In this document: one piece after another, positions 36,520-49,823 of the stretch
How positions within the stretch are numbered: the stretch's first letter is position 1
Layout of the letters: every line of letters starts with the position of its first letter
DNA from: Octopus vulgaris
Taxonomy: Eukaryota
Length of the DNA: 64,000 nt
Direction: 5' to 3'
Assembly (NCBI GenBank): GCA_951406725.2
Contig: OX597815.1
Span: 180,668,001 to 180,732,000 of the forward strand
Made by a program: the position numbers and the translations under genes
Notes under the pieces: generated by a model
The model's input: only the letters and a program-made list of their open reading frames with translations
What the model was told of the DNA's origin: nothing
Databases searched by the model: none

Positions 36520-37460
36520 AATATGAACGACCACGGAGTTTGATTGAAAGGATGAAAGGCAAAGTTGACTTAGGAGTGATTTGACCTCAGAATGTAGCTA
36601 ATCAGATGAGATACCGTAACCATATTGTCTTGAAGCTCTAATGATCTTGCCAAGCCATCACCCTTATTATATAATAATAATAATAATAATTTATTTCTTT
36701 ATTGCCTACAGTGGGCCAAACATAGAGGGGACAAACAAGGACAGACAAAAGGATTAAGTCGATTACATCGACCCCAGTGTGTAACTGGTACTTATTTAAT
36801 CGACCCCGAAAGGATAAGAGGCAAAGTCAACTTCGGCGGAATTTGAACTCAGAACGTAATGGCAGACGAAATGCCTCTAAGCATTTCGCTCGGCGTGCTA
36901 ACGTTTCTGCCAGCTCGCCGCCTTGTTAAAGATATTCTTTTCTACTCTAGGCACAAGGCCCGAAATTTTGAGGGAGGGGCCAGTCGATTAGATTGAGCCT
37001 AGTAGGCAACTGGTACTTAATTTATTGACCCCGAAAGGATGAAAGGTGAAGTCGACCTCGGTGGAACCTGAACTCGTAAAGACAGACGAAATACCTATTT
37101 CTTTACTACCCACAAGGGGCTAAACACAGAGAGGACAAACAAGGACAGACAAACGGATTAAGTCGATTATATCGACCCCAGTGCGTAACTGGTACTTATT
37201 TAATCGACCCCGAAAGGATGAAAGGCAAAGTCGACCTTGGCGGAATTTTAACTCAGAACTTAACGGGAGACGAAATACTGCTAAGCATTTCGCCCGGCGT
37301 GCTAACGTGTCTGCCAGCTCACCGCCTTCATTATGATATCTTTGTCTCATCTTAAAGGCGATTCTAAGGGGTGGGGAGAAACTCAATTACATCGACTGCA
37401 GTACTTGACTAATATTTTGTTTTACCGATCCTGAAAGGATGAAGGGCAAAGTCAACCTTT
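36520..37460 (-). mobile_element. SINE family B array
   Basis: Repeated ATCGACCCCGAAAGGATGAAAGGCAAAGTCGACC units. Confidence 0.85.
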
Positions 37461-38320
37461 GAGTGCAAGGAAAACTTTTTAAAGGGAGTTTGAGGACTTG
37501 TGCCCGAGTAACTGTCCGCTAAGAGATGAAATGCTAAATTAATTCCAGTGAAATTCGAACTCTGAACAGGAAAAAAAGAAAAAAAATTGAGCTAGATGGA
37601 ACTGAACTAGGAGGTATGTAGGTCGACTCTTTAACATCACGGCTATAATAATAATGCGGAAACAGGTCTATTATGTTTGAACCTTTTCTTATTTCTTTTT
37701 CCCCACTTAAATGTGTTCCATTTATTATAATGGTGTCTCTTTGGTTGTCAGTGAAATGTCAGTGTGACGGTATGTGTGTGTATGTGTGCGTGAGAGAGAG
37801 AGAGAGAGAGAGTGGGGGGGGACCTGAATTTGAACACTGTGAGATGGGGTAAGGCTATAGTTGGTAGAATTGAACCAATTTCAGCTGGAGAAAGAAGAGA
37901 TCGGGATAAATACGACAAACCGGATAGACGTTGTTATGTCGCTGTTTATTTTTCATGCAACTCTTTTGTATTCTGGACAATTAATAATCATTTAGCACAA
38001 ATCAAAAGTGGTTTAGAAGGACGCATGAAGGAACATATAAAGAACGAATTAATGATATCATTTAGAGAAATAACCACCACGGTTTCAGGATATATCTATA
38101 TTCGTACTAATGGGCTAACTTGAAGCCCGTTCATTAATACAGAAGCTATTATTTATCATTCCAGCTCTAACAATTACAAATACATTTCTTACATACCAGG
38201 ATGAGTTTATTATTTTACGAAATAAGTCCGTTCAACAGGCGCGGGCGTGACTGTGCAGTAAGAAGCTTGTTTGCCAATTACATGGTTCCGGGTTCAGCCC
38301 AACCGAGTACTACTTTGGTC

Positions 38321-38782
38321 GGTATTTTTTTTTGGTTATCTCAACCCCGTTAAAAAATTGGGTTATCTCTTTCCCGCCCCCGTTTTACGAGAAATATCGG
38401 TGCTTTTGGTTATCTTCTTCAAATTAAAGAAACTGTTTAACCCTCAATAAAACAAAATAAATAAATAGAGAAAAAAAATGAAGAAACTAAAAAAACATAA
38501 AAAGTGAAAAGACGGAACATCGTTTCGAATCTGATGATATTTTTATAAGAAATCATACAAAACTGAAAAAAATTAATAAACGGAAAAAATTAAACGTCTT
38601 ACTGAATCTGATAACGTTTTTATAACAAATCATTCCATTCCTGTTTAGGGGACCAAACGTCAACAATGTGTTGAAGCATTGAATCAAAAGGATTTAACCC
38701 TTTTAATCCAATCTCTTGTCGCCACATTAACTCGATTTTTTAGTGGCAATTTTTTATTGGGGGTGAGATAACCAACAGGAAC
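38321..38782. mobile_element. MITE (TIR ~GGTGCTTTTTGGTTATCTC.CCCC) inserted in a SINE
   Basis: Ends TTGGTTATCTCAACCCC and GGGGTGAGATAACCAA. Flanks ACTTTGGTC and ACTTTAGTC. A second copy is inverted at ~59507-59930. Confidence 0.7.
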
Positions 38783-40746
38783 ACTTTAGTCACGTGTCTT
38801 CTACTAGAGCTTCGGGTCGACCAAAGCCTTGTGAACCTTATACGGAAACTGAAAGAAGCTCATCACACACATACACACACGTGTGTATGCGTGTTTGCTT
38901 CCTCAACCGCTCGACAGCCAGTGTTGGTGTATTTACGTTCCCCGTAACTTAGTAGTTCGGCAAAATAGACCGATAGAATAATTACTAACCTTAAAAAAAG
39001 TGTAATGGGGTCGATTAATTCGACTAAAAGTGCTCAAGGCAGTGCCTCGGCATGGCTTCAGTGTAATAACTGAAACGAGTAAAAAATAAAAGATAATATC
39101 CTGAGTTCTAGTCTCGTTTCTGATTATTAGCTCTCGGTGTTTGTGTGTGGATTATATAAACACTTCTTTTGATTTTTCATGCAAAACGAATATAGTAGTA
39201 ATTAACCTAATTAGCTACTAAACGATGAAGATCATGCTTATTGCTCTAAAAATCTATGATCTTTGCATTGACAAAAGAGAAAAAACAAACAAACTGAAAA
39301 GCACATAAGACCACCACAAAACTATTAGGTTGAAACTGAACGGTTAGACTTATACAAGTTAGTCATTTTTTCATCTAGCACTCCATGGTCCGGCAACTCT
39401 TATAGACCGGTACTTTTTTAATCTAGCGCCATTAGTTGTTTGATCTACCACCAAGGAAGCTTTAAGTCGCCAAACATTATTTACTGCAGCTAAGTGTTCT
39501 GGGGCAGTAAAGAGACCGATAGAATAAATCCTAGCCTTTAAAAAGTGTACTGGGATCAATTAATTCTACTAAAGGCAGTGCCCCAGCTCATTTCTGATAT
39601 TTCGCTGAATGGCATCCAAAAAATAAAGAGGAGTAATCGATGGCCCTAGTGGTAAAGATCATAAGCATATATCCTTGTCTACGAAAGTAAATATGGAGCA
39701 GCTGTCTTAAGATCTTTGTTCTTGCTCTGATAAAATGTCAGTTTATATATATGAGATGGCAAGACTATATAGATCTTTCTTTAAGGGTGAATTTCTGTTT
39801 TCTGGCATTTTCTGTGACTAAGTAGTGGCCAAGTCTAAAAGCTATTGGATTTAAAAGGTTCAAATCATGTATGTATGTACGTGTGTATAGCCAGTTTCAC
39901 ATGTGGAGTACGAGTGAGATGCCTTGGTGAGAATAGAGTTAGACAAGCTGTGATGCACCATCCAATGCTGTTAATTGGTGGTGATTCTGAACTGATTACG
40001 TTAGTCTAATTTGCCTAAGTTTACGTAGCTGTTTGGCATGGACACTACGTATCATATGAGAATGTCCTCATTATTAACCAGGCGGAGACTTATTTCCGCC
40101 GCTTTAAGCCACAGTGAAAGAACCCCTGGTAACAACAGGTGGTTTTCAAGGGTCAGAAGAATTCCTAGTGTATCACAGAATCAGTAAATCGATTAAATAG
40201 ATACCTCTGCACGATTGAGTTACGTTCTGAGTTCAAATCCTTTCCTGGTCGACTTTACCTTTTATCCTTCCGGTGTCAATAAACAAAGCACCAGTCAAAG
40301 ACTAGAGCCTATATAACCAACTGTTATTTCTAGTCTGGTGCCTCTGTTGGAAATTATCTTTGTTATTACTGATGTTCTAATTGGTTCTTTGTACTCTTTA
40401 GGATGCGTGCAATCAGCAACATCGAAACTTTTCTGTAACTAAGAAAACATCTGTGCTAAAATACGAGCAGATTCTTGGAACGCTTATCTGCACGTGGACG
40501 TGTTATCTAGAGGTTTCGGATTTTCTGTTTGGTACCATTCTTCACTGCTCGTAATCTTCCTAACATTACAGAGAGCAGTTTTGAGTCTGTTTTCCATATG
40601 TTAAGTATTTCCGTTTCCAGGTTTTTGTATGTGAATTTTTTAAAACATAATTCCGGAGATTTTTGTTATCTGTTGGGCATACCACATCAACAAGTATACA
40701 AGGCTTGGATATTTTTTCTACAATGATATGAATGGGGTTTAGATAT

Positions 40747-40795
<49 letters not shown>

Positions 40796-41571
40796 CTGTG
40801 TTTGTATTACTGAGAATCACATCGTTTTCATTTATTCTATCAGTCTCCGACATTTTTTCTGCTATCGGGCTTTCATTTCGTTACATATTTTGCAGTGGCT
40901 TATCCCCCACCCCACCCAAAACAAAAACGAATCCATCATATCATGTCTCCTGATGTTGTTTTCTTCCATATCAACCCTGTTCAAGCAAGCATTGCAATCA
41001 TAACCATCCCGTATTTTAGGCTCATACAGGACTACTTTATCTAATCCTTCCGTTCTTATACAAAAGATTTGTAATTGTTTTTTTTAATAGGGTAAATTTT
41101 CTAAAGTTAATTACCCAGTAGAACTGTAGATGATGCACAGAATAACACTACTTGCATAAGGTTTCTACATCCATCCTATCAAAGGAGATAATATAATGTG
41201 TGTTAAGTTTCGGTCTAGTTTCCGTGAATCAAATCCACTCACAAGGCTTTGGTTGGCCTGAGGCTATAGTAGAAGACACTTGCCCAAGGTGCCATGCAGT
41301 GGGACTGAGCCTGGAACCATGTAGTCGGGAAGCAAACCTCTTACCATACATCCATGCATCCGTCTGTATAACTGGCGATATACTTTTCAGATAAACCCCT
41401 TCTTTTTGGTATGCTGTATTTAGTTGCCTTCACTGGTTTTTAATTATTGATTTTCATCTATTCTTTTCAAATGTAGGCACAAGGCCCGAAATTTTCGGGG
41501 AGGGGGCCAGTCGATTAGATCGACCTCAGTACATAACTGGTACTTAATTTATCTATCTATCCGTCTGTCCG

Positions 41572-41603
<32 letters not shown>

Positions 41604-41678
41604 CCTGTCTGTCTGTCCGTCTATCTATCTATCTATCCGTCTAACTATAAATCTACCTACCTACATACCTACACCTAC

Positions 41679-41824
<146 letters not shown>

Positions 41825-42157
41825 ATCTATCTATCTGTCTATACACACACACACATTGTCTGTGCCATCTACTTACATCGATACACCCATCTGCCTCTGT
41901 CAATGCCTCAACCAGCTTTATGTCTACCAAAGCTTGTCCCCATTTGTTCAAATAAATGTTATAGCGAGAAGCAGCAAAAGCCACCAGGGCTAACGGCCAT
42001 GATTTACTCAGTTCATATTCCCATTTAACGACATTTACTGATAGGTCTGTAACAAAATATATTGTTCAATTTGTTTCTTATCCTCTTAACTCAACAATAA
42101 TGACTGACAATATTTCAACAAGTAAAAACATGATATCACATATTTACAAGTTACGCT

Positions 42158-42206
<49 letters not shown>

Positions 42207-42215
42207 TCACTCACA

Positions 42216-42280
<65 letters not shown>

Positions 42281-43056
42281 TGCATAAAACCATTGCCCTC
42301 TTTCTTCCAATATGCAAATCATAAAACCCTAATACATGTATTTATATATAATTTTGATATATAAATGCTTTTTTTTTTTTATATGTACTCGTTTAACAAA
42401 CAACCCTTATATTTGAATTTCAAGTTATAAACGTTCAACAGAAAAACAAAAACAAACCAAATGCAAATATGAAAAAATCCTGAGGCATTTCTATGATTTT
42501 GTACGAATATTTCGAGAATCACCAGAGATGCCCCCCTGGCGGCTAGCAATTACAGGGGAGACAAGCACTTCTAGATTAAATTGAGACGTATTTGAAAATC
42601 CGAAATTTGTATCAGAGAACGAAGATATACAGAAGATATATGTGTGTGACAACAAAATAATACTCTCAATCAGGAGTGCTAAAACTGATGCGTACCAGAC
42701 GCAAGCTTTAGGAAACATTAATGAAAATCTTCAGTCTTTGTTCCTTTTTTTTTTTTTATTGATGGAAAGAGAAAATAAACTTTGTATCATGGTCGTTTTT
42801 CTTTCTTCGCCATGCTGGTGGAGATGTTTAAAATAAACCAAGCATTGGGCCGAAACCTCTCCCAGTTTTTACAGCTAGTACTCCTGTAAAGAACACTGAT
42901 CCGGGTACAATCACAGCGGCCAGTCCCGTATCCCACAGTTCTGGTTTCAAATAGTGCTGGGAGACATTTTCTCTTCAACACTTTGACATTTTTACCATAC
43001 TTGCCAGTATTCCAGTATTATATTGTAACAGATTCATTGACCTCTATACAAAAGTT

Positions 43057-43129
43057 GGCTGGTTAATCGGTTGGTTCGAGCCCCGCGCTAAGTACGCGAA
43101 TGTCATGGATTCGAACCCCGTACTAGCCA
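43057..43129 (+). pseudogene. tRNA pseudogene, Ile(AAT)-like body, anticodon now reads AAG
   Basis: Acceptor stem GGCTGGT/ACTAGCC plus A; anticodon arm CCGCG-CTAAGTA-CGCGA; T-loop TTCGAAC. The D-stem has a deletion and the T-stem has mismatches. Confidence 0.6.
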
Positions 43130-44149
43130 GGTGTTTAAGTAAGGCGTGACTGTATTGGTAAGAAACTTGCTTTTCAACTACATGACTGCGGGTTCAGTCC
43201 CACTGCGTGGCACCTTAGGCAAGTGTCTTCTACCGACCAAATCCTTGTGTGAGGACTTGGAAGGCGGAAACTGAAAGAAGCCCGTCTTATATATATGTGT
43301 GTGTGTGTGTGTGTCCCACCACCGCTTGATAACCGGTGTTGGTTTGTTTATCTCTCTCGCGGTTCGGCAAGAGATATCAATAGAATAAATACCAGATTTA
43401 AAAATGATAAGGACCGGGGTCGATTTATTCGACTAAAATTCCTCAGAGCAGTGTCCCGGCATGGCCGCAGTCTTAATGACAGCAACAAGTAAAAGATAGA
43501 GAGGAAAAAAACCTTGGACTCCCTGTCTCATCAAATGAATTTAATAAAGAAATCTTCTTGTTGTTGCTGTTCTTTCTAGTTTCAAGTCAGATCAAATCGA
43601 AGCAGACGTCAGATGGTTAAAGACTGGAATATTTTCAACCACCTTTTACGATATTTCTTCCAGCTCTTTACGATCTGAGTTCAAATTCCTCTGAAGTCAA
43701 CATTGCTTTCTATCCTTCCAGGGCCAATAAAATAAAGTACCAGTCAAGTACTGGGGTCCATATATTCGACCGACCCAACTCTAAAAGTTACTGGCCTTCT
43801 GCCAAAATTTGAAGCAGTTATTACTACTATTGTTCGTTAAGCGACATAAATTATAATTACCCAATTTTGTTTTTTAAGACACAATACTATGGTTTGAAGG
43901 AGATGTGGCTATTATTTCTAGCAGTTTGGAGACAACGTAGAAGACTCCTCGTTGGCTTGCTCATAGTGATTTAATAATCACATGAGTATACATTTTTTTT
44001 CCTAGTACACTTTTTGTGTATGTATGTGTGTGTACGTCTGCGATGATGCTAAAGATTCAAAGAATGATAAATAAGCGAAAAAGATGAGGTTGTGTTTTTT
44101 TTTTATGAGGATGGAAAACGTTTTCACAAATGGTGCTTCAGTGAGCAGT

Positions 44150-44853
44150 TACACACACACACACACACACACACACACGTAAACGCAAACATACACAAAC
44201 AAATTCACAGGCAATATATATATATATATGTGCGTATTTAAACACACATATATATATATATGTATGTATGCATACATATATATATGCATATATACACACA
44301 CATATATATAAACGTATGTATGCATATATACATATCTGTATATATACATATATATACACATACATATAAATACATATATATACACATACATATATATACA
44401 CATACATATATATACACATATATATACACATATATATATATATACATATATATATATACATATATACATATATATATACATATACATATATACATATATA
44501 TATATACATATACATATATACATATACATATATACATATACATATATACATATACATATATACATATACATATATATATACATATACATATATACATATA
44601 CATATATACATATACATATATACATATATATATACATATATATATACATATACATATATATATACATATACATATATATATACACATATACATACATATA
44701 CATATACATACATATATATATACACATATATATATACACATATATATATACATATATATACTCATACACATATACATATATACACATATAAAGACATATA
44801 TATATACACATATATATATATACATATACATATATATATATACACATATATGG

Positions 44854-44902
<49 letters not shown>

Positions 44903-45234
44903 TGTGTGTATATATATATATACATATATATATACATATATATACACACATATATATACACATATATATATACATACACATATGTACATATGTATGTAGA
45001 TGGATTAATAGAGAAATAAAGGAATATTGTGATATGAAGGGATGGCAGGAATATAATCGAAAGTTTCTAATAAGTATGTCACATATATGTATATAAAAAT
45101 ACATGCATATATATATATGCATCTATATGCATGTATATATATATACATCTATATGCATGTATATATATATACATCTATATGCATGTATATATATATACAT
45201 CTATATGCATGTATATATATATACATCTATAAGC

Positions 45235-45274
<40 letters not shown>

Positions 45275-45280
45275 GTATGC

Positions 45281-45319
<39 letters not shown>

Positions 45320-45710
45320 TGTATGCATGTATATATATATATATATACATCTGTATGCATGTATATATATATATATATATACATCTGTATGCATGTATAT
45401 ATATATATATATATACATCCATATGCATGTATATATATATATACATCTATATGCATGTATATATATACATCTGTATGCATGTATATATATATATACATCT
45501 ATATGCATGTATATGTATATATACATCTATATGCATGTATATATACTTCTATATGCATGTATATATATATACATATATATATGTATACACACACACGCAT
45601 ACATATGCATTTATATAAATGTATGTATGTATACACATAACTGTGTGTGTACATATATATGCATGTGTATGTACGTGTGTGTAGATATATTCATACATAC
45701 ATACACACGT
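44150..45710. repeat. 1.5-kb (TA/CA) low-complexity tract, including a CATCTRTATGCATG(TA)n minisatellite
   Basis: Direct inspection. The unit recurs about 15 times at 45110-45560 with variable TA length. Confidence 0.9.
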
Positions 45711-46494
45711 TTTCATTGAATTATAGCATTATGTGTGTATGAGCAAAACTGAACAGCTGAGCACTGACGATATAACAACAGGGTGTATATATTACATGCA
45801 TGCGTTATTGTGTAAAATATATGAATACATACAACATAAAACATGCAAATAAGTGAGTCTGTTGATACATATAAACCTGTATTTTATTTTATAATATTTA
45901 TAAATATTGATATTTTTTTCATGCAATCCATATACACACTAAATCAAACGCATATAGTATCTATAAAACAATCCCAAATCTTATATACACAAATATGCAC
46001 ACACGTGCATGAGTGCATGTACAAGGTGCATATTTGTGTTTTTTCTATGTAATATATACCTATGACATACAGATACACGTAATATACACAAAACATTGTA
46101 AAAAATGCAAAACAAAAAAAATTAAATGAAAATGAAAAACTTGAGTGAAAAATATTTTAATTTGTAGGATTATTATAATGCATTGTCTTCTAATTAGAGA
46201 TAATTTACTTATTTTTCTGTAAACTATGTATATATTGATGTATATCTCATGTATATTTGTAAAAAATATATGAAACAAAAACAAAATGAAGAAAAAAATC
46301 TTGTCGTTTGTGTTCCTTCTTTTTGAAATCATAACCCTGTTCTGCTTTTTCTCTTTATTAGATTCAGATCGAACTCAGATCGAACTCAGGGGTTGGCGAT
46401 CACCTAAATGCTTTCGGTTCCTGAACCTATATGGTAAAGGTCCTGTTTGATAAAATACATGTTCGTCTCTTGCAGGTAACTTTCCAAACGGCGA

Positions 46495-46815
46495 AGGCGC
46501 GTGGCTTAGTAGTTAGGGCTTTTGGCTTACGATCGTTAGGTTGTGAGTGCGATTCCCGTCGAGGCCTTGTGTCCTTCAGTAAGTCACTTTATTTCACATT
46601 GCTCCAGTTCACCCAGCTGGCAAATATGAGTAGAACCTGTATTTCAAAGGGCCACTTTTGTCACATTCTGTGCCACGCTAGCTGTCCCTGAGAACTACAT
46701 CACAAGGACGCGTGTCTGTGAAATGCTCAGCCACTTGCACGTTAATTTCAGAAACAGGCTGTTCCGTTGATTGGATCAACTGGAACCCTCGTCGTCGCAA
46801 CCGACGGAATGCCAG
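46495..46815 (+). mobile_element. tRNA-derived SINE family C (representative copy)
   Basis: Head GGCGCGTGGCTTAGTAGTTAGGG, body TTGCTCCAG..CAGCTGGCAAA, tail GGCTGTTCCGTTGAT..GATCAACTGGAACCCTCGTCGTCG..CCGACGGA. Related copies are at 54872-55252 (+), 58855-59050 (+), 32865-33137 (-), 7830-8027 (-) and 63933-64000 (-). Confidence 0.8.
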
Positions 46816-48422
46816 TTAACTTTCCAAACAAAACAACGTATCTAGTAGCTAACTGACGAAGTTTGGGCGAGGGCGGGGTCAATATAGACGTAATTAAGTG
46901 CTCAGTTTGACCAAGAACACAAACATATAGTTTGAATACGTGATAGATGAACCTGTAGCACAATTATTACCTTTGGCACCGTTTTACCATAATGTCTAAA
47001 TCCGAACTTATGAAGTAAAATCATCTGGATCTATTCCATCTCAATCACAGACTTTTTAATTAATTGTTTTTTAACTAAACAGTTTGAAACATCGAATACT
47101 GGCAGAATTTCTCACGTAGAACACGGTTTACTCTGAACGTTTTTGACAAAATTTCCTTTTTTGGAAGTTATTTCGTGTTAAAGCTGTCGTATTTAGGTAG
47201 TTTCAACCAATCAACGACTTGTATTCGGTTGTAGAAAAACACTCCAGAAGAATTTGACAGATTTTTCTCTCCAGTTTGACAGTATTTTCAATAAGTTTTC
47301 TGGCTCATGTAGTAGTACCATATAGAATTTACTACAACCCAATGATTGAAGCAAATATAAGATAGAAGGCAAATGAATATTAAATTTGGCGCTTCTGAAA
47401 AGAATTTATTTTGTATAAAATATTAAAACAGACTTTTCATTCTCTGTGTATTACAAGTTATGGAAAAAATGTTGAATGCAGTAATTAGCAATTATCATTA
47501 TCCTTTCTACTTAAGACACAAAGGAGGACCCAGTGTTTCGCTGGTACTTAATTTATCGACCCCGAAAGGATGAAAGGCAAAGTTAATTTATCGACCCCGA
47601 AAAATGAAGGCAAAGGATGAAAGTTAATTTATCGACCCCGAAAGGCTGAAAGGCCCTCGGCGGAATTTCGCCGTCGCCGTAATTAATAATTATTAGTATA
47701 TTTTTTTCTCTGATCAATCGAACAACAACACCAACAACAACAACAAAAAAAATAGCTTTTATGAAAAAATTAAGCAAAATGGTTTCAATCTGCGTTCCTC
47801 AACCATTTTCTCCCCCTTGGGATTCCTTTTTACTGGAAGTGGGGCGAATCCAATGTCTGAAAACCCCTATTATATTTTCATGGTTAAATATTAGGAATTG
47901 TATCTTTTCTTTTTTAGTTGTTTTAGTCAGTTGACCGCAGCCATGCTGGGGTGTGGCCATGAAGGGTGTTAGTCGAACAAATCGACTCCAGGGCTTATTT
48001 TTTAAAGCTTAGTACATATTCTATCGGTTTCTTTTGCCGAACTGCTGTGTTACAGGGACATAAACACTCCAACACCGGTTGTCAAGAGAGGGTGGGGGAC
48101 AAACACAGACAGAAAGACACAGAATACGCCGGGCTTCTTTCAGTTTCCGTCTACTAAATCCACTCACAAGGATTTGGTCGGCCCTTGCCCAATGTGCCAC
48201 GCAGTGGAACTGAACCCGGAACCATGTAGTTGGGAAGCAAGCTTCTTACTACACAGCCACGCCTGCTATATGCTTTAGATGGTGGGGGAAAAGATCCTGC
48301 ACGAATCTGTGACATTTTGTAGACGTTTTGAAGGAACAACGAACTCCACCCAAAAGACAGAACCAGCTTCTTTATACATTATTTACATTTGACGGATATT
48401 TGTCCTCATCCTGTTTATTGTC

Positions 48423-48468
48423 AACACAACGTTTCGGCTGATATACCCTCCAGCCTTCATCAGGTGTC
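48423..48468 (-). ncRNA. Minimal type-I hammerhead ribozyme motif, intact core
   Basis: The minus strand reads GACAC-CUGAUGA-A-GGCUG(GAGGGUAUAU)CAGCC-GAA-ACGU-U-GUGUU: stem I GACAC/GUGUU, 5-bp stem II, palindromic stem III ACGU, predicted GUU cleavage site. Confidence 0.8.
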
Positions 48469-48651
48469 TTGGGGAAATTTCGAACCTGGGTTTTCATTCG
48501 TAACGTATTTTTCGGGCATATGGCGTAGTAGTTAAGAGCGCGGGCTACTAACTCCAAGATTCCGAGTTCGAATCCAAGCAGTGACCTAAATAATAATAAC
48601 AACATTGAAAAATACCTTAGGAATGAGAACCGAGGTTCGAAATTTCGCCAA

Positions 48652-48696
48652 AACACCCGACGAAGCCTGGAGGGTATATCAGCCGAAACGTTGTGT
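48652..48696 (+). ncRNA. Degenerate hammerhead motif (family D sense tail)
   Basis: AACAC-CCGACGA-A-GCCUG...CAGCC-GAA-ACGU-U-GUGU. Has U4C and one stem II mismatch. Confidence 0.6.
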
Positions 48697-49307
48697 GAAC
48701 AAAGAAGATGAGGACAAATACCCGTCAAATGTAAATAATGTAAAAAATTCTTAATCTCTTAAATATAGAACTGCAGCTTCTTTATAGTCTTTGATTTCAT
48801 TGGGACTTATTTTTCTTTCGTTTTCTTCTTCATAAGTAAAGGAATTGCTTGAATCAAGAAATACCAGTGTTTCACACGCACACAGGCACACAACATACAA
48901 ACACAAACTGTCTCGCTCACTCTCTTTCTCTTCCTCTCTCTCTGTCCGTCTGTCTCTCACATATTATCACTCCCGGATGTGACATGTTGGATTTATTGGT
49001 AAGTAGGAATTGTTGTTTTTCCTCTTTTACTTGTTCCAATCATTAGATTACGGCCATGCTGGGGGCGTCGCCTTGAAGACTTTTAGTCGAATGAATCAAC
49101 CTCAGGAATTTTTTAAAGGCTGGTACTAATTCTAAATACATATTCTTTTATTCGTTTACTTGTTTCAGTCATTTGACTGCAGCACCACCTTTACTCGAGC
49201 AAATCGACCCCAGGACTTATTCTTTGTAAGCCTAGTACTTATTCTATTTTCCGAACCGCTAAGTTGCAAGGATGTAAAAACACCAGCATCGGTTGTCAAG
49301 CGATGTT

Positions 49308-49421
<114 letters not shown>

Positions 49422-49611
49422 GACGGGCTTCTTTCAGTTTTCACTTACCAAATCCACTCACAAGGCTTTGGTTGGCCTAAGGCTATAGTAGAAGACACTT
49501 GCCCAAGGTGCCACGCAGTGGGACTGAACTCGGAACCATGTGGTTGGTTAGCAAGCTACTTACCACACAGCCACTTTTGCGCCTATACATACACACACAC
49601 ACACACACACA

Positions 49612-49657
<46 letters not shown>

Positions 49658-49823
49658 GCTTCTTTCAGTTTCCATCAACCAAAAGTGCACCCACAAGGTT
49701 TTGGTTGGCCTAAGGATATAGTAGAAGACACTTGCTTAAAGTGCCACACAGTGAGATTGAACTCAGAACAATGTGGCTGGACTGAACTTTTTACCATGCA
49801 ACTCCTGCGCCTAAAAAGATGCG

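Larger units (their letters stand above)
48364..48786 (+). mobile_element. Composite tRNA-headed, hammerhead-tailed retroelement (family D) with inverted tail copy and 13-bp TSD
   Basis: TSD CAGCTTCTTTATA at 48364-48376 and 48774-48786. Inverted arms 48375-48513 and 48607-48742. tRNA-like head 48514-48586 with A-box TGGCGTAGTAG and B-box GAGTTCGAATCC. The element ends ...AAATATAGAACTG. Confidence 0.85.

Noticed and set aside
42528-42542. CTCF-like motif (CCGCCAGGGGGGCAT on -)
   Set aside because: An extra G breaks the consensus spacing, and a single match is not supportable.
44138-45719. Long ORFs of 200-290 aa (also 551-1210, 4417-5181, 10677-11390, 31509-32201)
   Set aside because: They are translations of (TA)n, (CA)n and (TATC)n repeats that lack stops ([12 protein letters not shown]). 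No protein signal.
48514-48586. Possible functional tRNA gene
   Set aside because: A/B boxes are present but the acceptor stem does not pair, and the sequence is embedded in a TSD-flanked repeat.
48372-48728. 118-aa ORF spanning family D element
   Set aside because: It crosses the inverted repeat and tRNA head, has no recognisable domain and is not preserved in the second copy.
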